Shown here: positions 17,483 to 26,000 of the stretch, in pieces
Layout of the letters: each line of letters starts with the position of its first letter
Position numbering within the stretch: position 1 is the first letter of the stretch
Origin: Hyphomicrobiales bacterium
GTDB lineage: Bacteria > Pseudomonadota > Alphaproteobacteria > Rhizobiales > JAJFHC01
Assembly: GCA_965227875.1 (NCBI GenBank)
Contig: OZ245783.1
Coordinates: 4,442,356-4,506,355 of the forward strand
Reading direction: 5' to 3'
DNA: 64,000 bases
The notes under the pieces: generated by a model
Database searches by the model: none
Told to the model about the DNA's origin: nothing
The model's input: only the letters and a program-made list of their open reading frames with translations
Program-made: the position numbers and the translations under genes

Positions 17483-18826
17483 TTACATCCGTGCGAGCAC
17501 GCGGTCGATCAGTTCGTCGGAACAGCCTGTATAGTTCTCCGGAGCAAGTGCGCTGTCGATCTCTGTTTCGGACACGACGCTCATGATCTCGGCATCCCGC
17601 AGCAGGGCGTCGCGCAATGGAATGTTTTCCCCCATCGCCACACGGCAGGCCGTGGTGACGGCGTCGTGCGCCTTTTCGTGCCCCAGCCTTTCGCGGAGCG
17701 CGGTCTGGACGGCTTCCGCCATGATCAGGCCACCGGTCATGTCGAGATTGCGGCGCATACGGTCGGTGTCGACGTGCATTTCCGTCGCGACGGCGCGCAT
17801 CCGGGACAGCGCGCCGCCGGTCAGGGCGAACATTGCAGGCAGGGCCGCCCATTCGGCCTGCCAACTGTCCGTCGCGCGTTCCTGGTCGTGCACCATCGCC
17901 CCCATCATGACAGGCAGCATGGCATGAACGTTGCGCGTGCACGCAAGCACGTATTCGCTCATGACCGGGTTGCGCTTCTGCGGCATCGTGCTGCTGCCGC
18001 CCCTTCCCTTCTGCGAGGTTTCGGCCATTTCGCCGACTTCCGTCTGCGACATCAGGATCACGTCCTTGGCAATCTTGGCCAGGGCCCCGCAGACGAGCGA
18101 GAGAAACGAGGCGGCCTCGGCGACCGGTGCACGCCGCGTGTGCCAGGAAATGTCGGAACGGCCAAGCGAGAGTTCGTCCGCCAGAGCGTCGCAGACCGCG
18201 ATCCCGTTCTCGGAAAGTGCTGAAAGCGTGCCTGCGGCACCGGAATACTGGACGCGCAGGCACCTTTCGCGAAGTCCCGGCATCATGTCGCGCAGGTCCA
18301 GCAGGGACGACAGCCACACCGCAACCTTGAAGCCGAAGGTCACCGGCACTGCATGCTGGAGATGCGTCCGTCCGGCCATGACCGCTTCACGATACGTGTT
18401 GGCCCGTGCGGCTAGCTCCGACGCGATTGTGTCCAGATCGCGTTCGATCAGGTCGAAGGCGTCGCGCATCTGGAGCACGAGCGCCGTATCGACGATGTCC
18501 TGGGTTGTCGCGCCCCAGTGGACGTATCTGCCCGCCTCCTCGCCACAGGCTTCGCTGAGGGCAGCGACGACCGGGATCACGGGGAATCCGGCTTTCTCGG
18601 TGCCTGCGCGCAACTTGTCGAAATCCAGGATCTGTGCACTGGCTTTCGACGATATGACCTCGGCGGCCTCTTCGGGGATGACGCCGAGCCTTGCCTGGAC
18701 GCGCGCGAGAGCGGCTTCCACGTCGAGCATGCGGACGAAGCGCATATCGTCGGCAAAGACCGAGTTCATGTCTTGTGAACCGAACAGGTTGCCGAACACC
18801 TGGGAGTCGAGGGGGCTGATCGTCAT
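17483..18826 (-). CDS. pcaB: 3-carboxy-cis,cis-muconate cycloisomerase
   Basis: VHWGATTQD, GRTHLQHA and SSTMPQKRNP lyase-I signature, clustered with pcaDC. Confidence 0.88.
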   Translation of the reverse strand: MTISPLDSQVFGNLFGSQDMNSVFADDMRFVRMLDVEAALARVQARLGVIPEEAAEVISSKASAQILDFDKLRAGTEKAGFPVIPVVAALSEACGEEAGRYVHWGATTQDIVDTALVLQMRDAFDLIERDLDTIASELAARANTYREAVMAGRTHLQHAVPVTFGFKVAVWLSSLLDLRDMMPGLRERCLRVQYSGAAGTLSALSENGIAVCDALADELSLGRSDISWHTRRAPVAEAASFLSLVCGALAKIAKDVILMSQTEVGEMAETSQKGRGGSSTMPQKRNPVMSEYVLACTRNVHAMLPVMMGAMVHDQERATDSWQAEWAALPAMFALTGGALSRMRAVATEMHVDTDRMRRNLDMTGGLIMAEAVQTALRERLGHEKAHDAVTTACRVAMGENIPLRDALLRDAEIMSVVSETEIDSALAPENYTGCSDELIDRVLARM

Positions 18827-18864
18827 GTCAGGGGTCTTTCGATCGCGTTGCGTTCACCTGCCGG

Positions 18865-19542
18865 TCAGTGCGGGCCCACCGAGAGCGCGGCGATCCGGCT
18901 GAGATGGGTGTATGGCATGCCTGTTTCCTCGTGCCACTGGTTGAACGCATCCTGGGCCGATTGCAACGCCTTTCGCGACGTCGCCGGGCCTACCTCGAGG
19001 ACATCGCTTCTCTGGAGGCACGTGATCACGTCGCGCGAAAGAATGAATGCGTCCTTGCCGATGAAGCGCAGGAAATACTGGCCCGTGTTGCCGCCAAGGC
19101 GCGCGCCCCTCTTTTTCAGCACGGTCCAGAGCCCGACGAGGTCGTCCGGCGGCCACTCGGCGAGAAACCGTCCGAAACCGCCATGTTCACGTGACACGTC
19201 GAGGACAAACCTCGCGTTTGCCGGCACCGTGACGATCTTCGCCACGTTGCGGACGATCCTCACGTCGCGTCCGATGACCTCGATCGCCTCGTCGTCGAGA
19301 AATGCCATCCTGTGCGGGTCGAACCCGTGAAAGACGGTTTCGAAATCAGGCCACTTGTTTTCGATGACGCGCCAGTTGAATCCCGCCTGGAACACGCATT
19401 TCGTCATCAGGGACAGGCACCTGTCGTCCGGTGTCGCCGCAAGATCCGCCGGCGCAGAAACGTGCGGAAGGTCGCGTTCGATCGCCGGCATTCCGCCATG
19501 ATGGCGTGCAGCCTCCTCGCAAATCTCGGAAAATGCCTTCAA
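18865..19542 (-). CDS. DNA-3-methyladenine glycosylase I family protein
   Basis: FQAGFNWRVIENKW, FHGFDP, IVRNVAKI and RLGGNTG motifs. Confidence 0.85.
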   Translation of the reverse strand: MKAFSEICEEAARHHGGMPAIERDLPHVSAPADLAATPDDRCLSLMTKCVFQAGFNWRVIENKWPDFETVFHGFDPHRMAFLDDEAIEVIGRDVRIVRNVAKIVTVPANARFVLDVSREHGGFGRFLAEWPPDDLVGLWTVLKKRGARLGGNTGQYFLRFIGKDAFILSRDVITCLQRSDVLEVGPATSRKALQSAQDAFNQWHEETGMPYTHLSRIAALSVGPH

Positions 19543-19645
19543 ACCTGTCGCTCCCGTCTGCAGAAGGGTCTTGATGGTGACGCCGGGATCCCGGCAATGC
19601 CGTATGATCGCCCAACGGTGTGGAAATTCAAGTCAGGGGACGACC

Positions 19646-21157
19646 ATGCGACCAGCCGGCCGGCGTGCCCGAAGAGCGAGCCGTCAGACGGCCCCTGCTC
19701 CGGCCTACATTACACGGGCCATCCCCTACTATGCCTTTCTCGACGAGGATGCGCTTGCCCACATCGAGGACCAGGCCGACTGGCTCCTCCAGGAAAACGG
19801 TATCGCCTTCAGCGACGATCCGGCCGCGCTCGAACTCTGGCGTTCCGCGGCGGCGGACGTTGACGGCAACCGGGTCCGCCTTCCCCGCGGCATGGCGAGG
19901 GACCTGCTGAAGAGCGCGCCTGCGGAGTTCGTCCAGCATGCCCGCAATCCGGAACGGTCCGTCCGGATCGGAGGAAAACACAGTGTTTTCGCGCCGGTCT
20001 ACGGCCCGCCCTTCGTCCATTGCCTCGACAAGGGCCGCCGCTACGGAACCCTGGCCGACTTCACGAATCTCGTGAAACTGACGGCGATGCTGCCTTCGCT
20101 GCATCACTCGGGTTTCGTCACCTGCGAACCCTGCGACGTGGCGGTGAACAAGCGCCATCTCGACATGGTCTACGCGCACATGCGCTACTCGGACAAACCG
20201 TTCCTCGGCGCCATCACGGAACAGAGCCGCGCGGAGGACACCATGGAGATGGTGCGGATCCTGTTCGGCGAGCGTTTCGTCGACGAAAACTGCGTCGTCA
20301 TGGGCAATGTGAACACCAACTCGCCATTGCTCGTCGACAAGGTGGTGACCAACGCTATCCGCACCTATTGCGGCGCGGGCCAGGGCATTGTCGTCGTGCC
20401 CTTCATTCTCAGCGGCGCGATGGGACCGGTGACGACGGCCGCATCCGTCGCCCAGGCACTCGCCGAGGCGATGGTCTGCGGGGCGTTCTCGCAACTTGTG
20501 CGTTCCGGAGCCCCGTTCGTTCTGGGCAATTTCCTGTCCTCGATGAACCTGAAGAGCGGCGCCCCCACGTTCGGCATGCCGGAACCGGTCATGTCGAACC
20601 TCGCGATCGGTCAGCTTGCGCGCCGGCTCGGCGTCCCCCTGCGGTGCGGCGGGTCTCTGACCTCGTCCAAGCTTCCCGACGCGCAGGCAGCGGCGGAGAG
20701 CGCCGACAGCATGTTCTCCACTGCCCTCGGCGGAGCGCATTTCATCCTTCATTCCGCCGGCTGGCTGGAAGGCGGCCTGGCGACCGGATACGAGAAACTG
20801 CTTATCGACGCCGACCGGCTCGGCGCCTACCAGGTCATGTTGTCGGGAATGCCGGTCGACGAGAACAGTCTCGGTCGTGACGCCTACGCCGAGGTCGAGC
20901 CCGGCGGACACTTCCTCGGGTGCGGTCACACCCTGGCGAATTACGAGACCGCATTCTACGAGGCCGGAATGTCGAATGCCGACAGCTATGAGCAATGGAC
21001 CGACGATGGGTCGCTCGACACCGCCATTCGCGCCAACCGGCGATGGAAACAGATGCTTGCCGATTACGAGGCGCCGCCGATCGACGAAGCCGCCGACGAG
21101 GCTCTCGGTGAATATGTTCGCCGGCGCAAGGAGGCCGTTGCCGACGCCTGGTACTGA
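19646..21157 (+). CDS. Trimethylamine methyltransferase (MttB/MtgB) family protein, non-pyrrolysine
   Basis: APVYGPPF, NTNSPL, GAPTFGMPE, SKLPDAQA, HSAGWLEGG and GGHFLG motifs. No in-frame TAG. Confidence 0.92.
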   Translation: MRPAGRRARRASRQTAPAPAYITRAIPYYAFLDEDALAHIEDQADWLLQENGIAFSDDPAALELWRSAAADVDGNRVRLPRGMARDLLKSAPAEFVQHARNPERSVRIGGKHSVFAPVYGPPFVHCLDKGRRYGTLADFTNLVKLTAMLPSLHHSGFVTCEPCDVAVNKRHLDMVYAHMRYSDKPFLGAITEQSRAEDTMEMVRILFGERFVDENCVVMGNVNTNSPLLVDKVVTNAIRTYCGAGQGIVVVPFILSGAMGPVTTAASVAQALAEAMVCGAFSQLVRSGAPFVLGNFLSSMNLKSGAPTFGMPEPVMSNLAIGQLARRLGVPLRCGGSLTSSKLPDAQAAAESADSMFSTALGGAHFILHSAGWLEGGLATGYEKLLIDADRLGAYQVMLSGMPVDENSLGRDAYAEVEPGGHFLGCGHTLANYETAFYEAGMSNADSYEQWTDDGSLDTAIRANRRWKQMLADYEAPPIDEAADEALGEYVRRRKEAVADAWY

Positions 21158-21160
21158 CGT

Positions 21161-21772
21161 CTAGTCGACGGGCGACACCTTCATGATGTCGACCATGGTC
21201 GCATGGGCATCGACACCGCCCGTGTTGGTGATGGTGTGGTCGCGGTCTCCGCGGAACCGCACTGTCTGCCCTTCGGTGATTTCACGTGATTCCCCGTCCA
21301 CCGTGACGGTAAGCGTGCCTTTCAGAACGCTCAGATGTTCGACGCAACCGGTCTGGTGGGCTTCCGACTCGAGCACGCCGCCGGGTTTGGCATGAAAATC
21401 GTACCACTGGACGTACTGCACGACGTTCAGCCAGCCGATGATGCGCATCGTGCACAGGCCGTCCTCGCTCGTCAGGACCGGTGTCGCCGTCCGCCCGGCA
21501 ACCTCGAGGAAGGCATCGTCGCCCTGGGCCTTGAGAACCTCGTCTATGGTCGTGTTGAGCGCGCCGCTCAACCGGGAAATGGTGCCGATCGTCGGATTTG
21601 TCTCGTTGCGCTCGATCTGGGAGATGATCGATTTCGCGACGCCGGACTGCTCCGACAGGTCGCCCAGCGACATGTTGTACGCCTTGCGCAGCCGCTGGAT
21701 TGTCTTGCCGAGTTCCGGCGCCACATCCATTGCCGTTTCCCTGCCGCCACGCCGGACTGTTTCTTTTTTCAT
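21161..21772 (-). CDS. XRE-family HTH regulator with C-terminal cupin
   Basis: LSEQSGVAKSIISQIERNETNPT HTH, cupin H..G.VE motif. Confidence 0.92.
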   Translation of the reverse strand: MKKETVRRGGRETAMDVAPELGKTIQRLRKAYNMSLGDLSEQSGVAKSIISQIERNETNPTIGTISRLSGALNTTIDEVLKAQGDDAFLEVAGRTATPVLTSEDGLCTMRIIGWLNVVQYVQWYDFHAKPGGVLESEAHQTGCVEHLSVLKGTLTVTVDGESREITEGQTVRFRGDRDHTITNTGGVDAHATMVDIMKVSPVD

Positions 21773-21794
21773 TCCCTGTCTCTAACTATCGATT

Positions 21795-21816
21795 GCGTTC
21801 TGTAAAAAGAACGACT
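21795..21816. promoter_or_regulatory. Putative operator GCGTTCTGTAAAAAGAACGACT (CGTTC-N8-GAACG)
   Basis: Palindromic core 23 bp upstream of the XRE start, 20/22 identical to 29871-29892. Confidence 0.8.
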
Positions 21817-21908
21817 ATATGTTTTACCGGTTTGTCACACCGTGAAGCCGAAAACAAGAGCGTTTTCAAAGACCGGTGGGGCATCTGAGATTTTGTCGGC
21901 CAACGAAC

Positions 21909-21929
21909 GCGTTTGGTTTGACGAACAGT
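21909..21929. promoter_or_regulatory. Degenerate copy of the CGTTC-N8-GAACG site (CGTTT-GGTTTGAC-GAACA) upstream of cysG
   Basis: Same N8 spacing, one mismatch per half-site. Confidence 0.45.
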
Positions 21930-22032
21930 GTGGTCGACCGATGCCGAACGACGTCAGTGACGACGTTACAGGGTCGGAGAGACGGCACAAAGAAGAAAAT
22001 GAGCGGTCCGTGGTCGCATATTGGAGCAGGAA

Positions 22033-23502
22033 ATGAGGCATTTTCCGGTATTTTTCGATCTGGATCGACGTGAGGTCGTCGCGGTCGGCGGTGGCGAGGA
22101 AATTGCCCAGAAACTGCGTCTGGTCGGCCGTACCGGTGCACGCCTGACCGTGGTCTCGCCGCGTGTCACGACCGAAATCGCCGAACTCGCCCGGAACGGT
22201 CGGCTCGAATGGCACGCCCGCGCGTTCGATCCGACGGACATCGACGACGCAAGTCTCGTATACGTCTCCACTGGAGATGCCGAAGCTGATGCCGCGGCCG
22301 CGGCCGCGGCGGGCGACCGTGGCATTCCCGTGAACGTGATCGATCGCCCTGAACTCTGCACGTTCTACACGCCGGCGATCGTCGACCGCGATCCGGTCGT
22401 CGTGGCGATCGGGACCGAAGGCACCGCGCCGGTGCTCGCGCGCGGCCTGAAGTCGCGCATAGAGAGCATGCTGCCGGTGAACCTCGGACGGATTGCCCGC
22501 CTCGCCTCGTCCTGGCGGGACCGGGTGGCCGATGTCCTGCCGGAAGGGCTGCCCCGTCGCAGGTTCTGGGACGGTTTCTTTTTCGGCGCTCTGCGTGACC
22601 GGCTCCTTGACGGCGACACGCCAAACCGCGACGCGATCGAACAGGAGCTTTCCGCCGGTCAGGCGGAGGCCCGGGAAAGCCGCCAGGGACGGGTGTCTCT
22701 GGTGGGCGCGGGCCCCGGGGATCCCGAACTTCTCACACTCAAGGCGCGCCGCAAGCTCCAGGAAGCCGATGTCATCGTCTATGACCGGCTGGTCGGACCG
22801 GGCATTCTCGAGTTCGCACGACGCGATGCCGAAAGAATCAGCGTCGGCAAGGCGCCCGGCAAACCCTCGCCCACCCAGGACAGCATCAACGCCATTCTTG
22901 TCGACCACGCCCGTCGAGGCCGTTTCGTCGTCAGGCTCAAGGGCGGTGATCCCTACATTTTCGGCCGCGGTGCGGAAGAACAGGTGGCGCTGCAGTCCGA
23001 AGGCATTCCGGTTGATGTCGTCCCCGGCATTACGGCGGCTGCGGCCTGTGCCGCATCCGTGATGCTCCCGCTCACCACGAGAGGCGTCAATCGCGGCCTG
23101 ACGCTGCTTACGGGCACCTCGGAGAGCGGCCCGGCGGAGCACGACTGGTCTGCACTTGCGGCCAAGGGAGCGGCCTTCGCGGTTTACATGGGCGTCGCCA
23201 GCAGTTCGCATATCGAAGCGCGGCTTCTGGAGGCCGGCATCGACCCGGCCACACCCGTCACGATCGTCGAGAACGGCACGCTGCCGACAGAGCGGTGCCT
23301 GTCGACCACCATCCGGCATCTCAGGAGAACCGTTCGCGCCCAGGGCGTCAGGGGTCCGGCGATCATCTACGTCGGATTGCACTGGCCCACCGCGAGAACA
23401 GCGGCCGCCGACGTCGCGGCACAAGGGGTCATTCCCTTCCCTCATCCGGCGGCAACAGCCGGCAACACCAACAACAGCCAGCCCGTGGAGATCCGCGCAT
23501 GA
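22033..23502 (+). CDS. cysG: Siroheme synthase
   Basis: N-terminal dehydrogenase/chelatase (VGGG, VNVIDRPELCTF, GTAPVLAR) and SUMT domain (VGAGPGDPELLT, RLKGGDPYIFGRG). Confidence 0.95.
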   Translation: MRHFPVFFDLDRREVVAVGGGEEIAQKLRLVGRTGARLTVVSPRVTTEIAELARNGRLEWHARAFDPTDIDDASLVYVSTGDAEADAAAAAAAGDRGIPVNVIDRPELCTFYTPAIVDRDPVVVAIGTEGTAPVLARGLKSRIESMLPVNLGRIARLASSWRDRVADVLPEGLPRRRFWDGFFFGALRDRLLDGDTPNRDAIEQELSAGQAEARESRQGRVSLVGAGPGDPELLTLKARRKLQEADVIVYDRLVGPGILEFARRDAERISVGKAPGKPSPTQDSINAILVDHARRGRFVVRLKGGDPYIFGRGAEEQVALQSEGIPVDVVPGITAAAACAASVMLPLTTRGVNRGLTLLTGTSESGPAEHDWSALAAKGAAFAVYMGVASSSHIEARLLEAGIDPATPVTIVENGTLPTERCLSTTIRHLRRTVRAQGVRGPAIIYVGLHWPTARTAAADVAAQGVIPFPHPAATAGNTNNSQPVEIRA

Positions 23503-23837
23503 CCGGTAAGATACTGACCGCCAACTCGCTTGAAACGGGCGACGTCATCTACTTCGCCAAGGCGGGCGACTGGTCGGCGGATCTCAACGACGCGTTTGTG
23601 GGCCTGGACGAGAGCGCCTGGACCTGGCTTGGCCGCAAGGCCGAGGAAGTCGAGAAATCCGGCGAAGTCGTCGGCGCCTACCTCGTCGACGTCGAGACCT
23701 ACGAAACCGGCCTCAGGCCGACCCATATCCGCGAACGGATCCGCACGATCGGTCCCTCGGTCCGCCGCGACCTCGGAAAGCAGTCCGAGGGCGTCGGGAT
23801 CGGGCGCGGCCCCATAGAAGCACTGGAGACCTGCTGA
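23499..23837 (+). CDS. DUF2849 protein
   Basis: MTGKILTANSL.GDVIY, VVGAYL and HIRERIR..GPS motifs, in its usual place between cysG and cysI. Coupled to both neighbours. Confidence 0.88.
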   Translation: MTGKILTANSLETGDVIYFAKAGDWSADLNDAFVGLDESAWTWLGRKAEEVEKSGEVVGAYLVDVETYETGLRPTHIRERIRTIGPSVRRDLGKQSEGVGIGRGPIEALETC

Positions 23838-25492
23838 TGTATCGTTACGACGAATTCGACGAGGCGTTCGTGCGCCAGCGCGTGGCCCAGTTCCGTGATC
23901 AGGTCGCGCGCCGACTCTCGGGCAAACTGACCGAAGAGGAATTCCGTCCGCTGCGGCTGATGAACGGCCTCTATCTCCAGCTCCATGCCTACATGCTTCG
24001 GGTCGCCGTGCCCTATGGCGTGCTGTCCTCGGACCAGATGCGCCGTCTTGCCCGGATCGCCGATGTCTATGACCGCGGTTACGGTCACTTCACCACGCGC
24101 CAGAACATCCAGTACAACTGGCCCAAACTCGAGCAGGCCGCGGACATTCTCGACGAACTCGCCGATGTCGAGATGCATGCGATCCAGACGAGCGGGAACT
24201 GCATCCGCAACACCACGGCCGACCAGTATGCCGGCGTGGCCGCGGACGAAATCGCCGATCCCCGGCCGATCTGCGAGCTTATCCGCCAGTGGTCGAGCCT
24301 GCATCCGGAGTTCAGCTTCCTGCCGCGCAAGTTCAAGATCGCCGTCACCGGCGCGCCCCATGACAGGGCCGCGGTCAAGGTCCACGACATCGGCCTGCGC
24401 ATGCACCTCAACGACGAGGGCGAGCCCGGGTACGAAGTGATCGTGGGCGGTGGCCAGGGACGCACGCCCATGATCGGCGCGACGGTGCGCGAGTGGCTTC
24501 CCGAAAACGAACTGCTCGCCTATCTCGAGGCGATCATGCGGGTGTACAACCTGTTCGGCCGCCGGGACAACAAGTACAAGGCGCGCATCAAGATCCTCGT
24601 TCACGAACTTGGCGCCGAGGAGTTCACCCGACTGGTGGAGGAGGAATACGCATCCCTCGACGCCGTTTCGGTGCTGCCCGACGAGGGAGAACTCCAGCGG
24701 ATCGCCGCCTATTTCGCCCCGCCCGCATACGAGACCCTCGATCCGGTCGACAGCAGCTATGAATCGGCCCGGCTCGACAATCGCGAGTTCGCGCTGTGGG
24801 CCAAGGCAAACGTCGCCGCGCACAAGGTCGATGGTTATGCCATCGCGAACATCTCGCTGAAGCCGGTCGGTGGCATTCCCGGCGACGCGACCTCAGACCA
24901 GATGCGCGCGGTCGCCGAGCTCGCCGACCGCTACAGTTTCGGCGAAATCCGCGTGACCCATGCCCAGAATCTCGTGCTGCCGGACGTGCGTCAGCAGGAT
25001 CTCTTCACGCTCTGGGCGAGCCTCAAGGAACACGGTCTGGCGACCGCGAATCTCGGCCTCGTGACCGACATCATCGCCTGCCCGGGACTGGACTATTGTT
25101 CGCTTGCCACGGCCCGGTCCATTCCTGTCGCCCAGGCGATCTCGAACCGCTTCGAGAGCATCTCGCGTCAGCACGACATCGGGCCGCTGCAGGTGAAGAT
25201 CTCCGGTTGCATCAATGCCTGTGGTCATCACCATGTCGGGCATATCGGAATCCTCGGCCTCGACAAGAAAGGGGTCGAATTCTACCAGATCACCCTTGGC
25301 GGCAGCGCTGACGAGAATGCCTCGATTGGCAAGATCCTCGGTCCGGGGTTCTCCGGGGAGGAAGTCCCCGACGCCGTGGAAAAGATCATCGATACCTATC
25401 TCCAGGTTCGTCAAGAGGACGAGCATTTCATCGACACCTACCGCCGCGTTGGCGCCCAACCCTTCAAGGAGGCACTCTATGCCACTGCTTAG
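23837..25492 (+). CDS. cysI: Sulfite reductase hemoprotein (nitrite/sulfite reductase family)
   Basis: FTTRQNIQ, TSGNCIRN, LPRKFK, and the siroheme/FeS cysteines CPGLDYC and SGCINAC. Confidence 0.93.
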   Translation: MYRYDEFDEAFVRQRVAQFRDQVARRLSGKLTEEEFRPLRLMNGLYLQLHAYMLRVAVPYGVLSSDQMRRLARIADVYDRGYGHFTTRQNIQYNWPKLEQAADILDELADVEMHAIQTSGNCIRNTTADQYAGVAADEIADPRPICELIRQWSSLHPEFSFLPRKFKIAVTGAPHDRAAVKVHDIGLRMHLNDEGEPGYEVIVGGGQGRTPMIGATVREWLPENELLAYLEAIMRVYNLFGRRDNKYKARIKILVHELGAEEFTRLVEEEYASLDAVSVLPDEGELQRIAAYFAPPAYETLDPVDSSYESARLDNREFALWAKANVAAHKVDGYAIANISLKPVGGIPGDATSDQMRAVAELADRYSFGEIRVTHAQNLVLPDVRQQDLFTLWASLKEHGLATANLGLVTDIIACPGLDYCSLATARSIPVAQAISNRFESISRQHDIGPLQVKISGCINACGHHHVGHIGILGLDKKGVEFYQITLGGSADENASIGKILGPGFSGEEVPDAVEKIIDTYLQVRQEDEHFIDTYRRVGAQPFKEALYATA

Positions 25493-26000
25493 ATCGCGTA
25501 TTGCCGTCCACAACCCATGGGTCGAACTGGCGGACGGCGAGGCCATGCCGGATGACGGCGACATTGTCCTTTCGAGGGAACGCCTGATCGAGGAAGCCGA
25601 ACGCGTCTCCGGCCGCAAGGGTCGGACCGGCGTGAAACTCGCGCCGCACGACGAACTTGACGACCTCGCCGGGCTTGTCGGCGACCTGGACCTCGTCATT
25701 CTCGAGTTCCCGGCGTTCACCGATGGCCGTGCCTATTCGCAGGCCCGTCGCCTGAGGATGCAGCATGGGTTCCGGGGCGAGTTGCGGGCGACCGGCAACA
25801 TCCTTCCCGACCAGGTCGGGCTGATGGAGCAATGCGGCTTCGATGCCTTCGAGATCGACGAGAAATACCTCGACGACGGGTGTTTCCAGATTGCGGACGC
25901 CGTCTCCCTCACCTACCAGCGCGGCTACGGACTTCGTGGACGATACGGCAAGACCGCCCAGCCATGGACGGTTCCGGAAACGGCAAGCGGGTTCGGCTGA
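25479..26000 (+). CDS. DUF934 protein
   Basis: FPAFTDGRAYSQAR.LR, GELRATG and CGFDAF motifs, overlaps the cysI end. Confidence 0.9.
   Translation: MPLLRSRIAVHNPWVELADGEAMPDDGDIVLSRERLIEEAERVSGRKGRTGVKLAPHDELDDLAGLVGDLDLVILEFPAFTDGRAYSQARRLRMQHGFRGELRATGNILPDQVGLMEQCGFDAFEIDEKYLDDGCFQIADAVSLTYQRGYGLRGRYGKTAQPWTVPETASGFG

Noticed and set aside
21795-21816. CGTTC/GAACG motif as a LexA (SOS) box
   Set aside because: The alphaproteobacterial LexA box is the direct repeat GTTC-N7-GTTC and the Gram-positive box is GAAC-N4-GTTC. This site has a different orientation and spacing and lies at sulfur genes.
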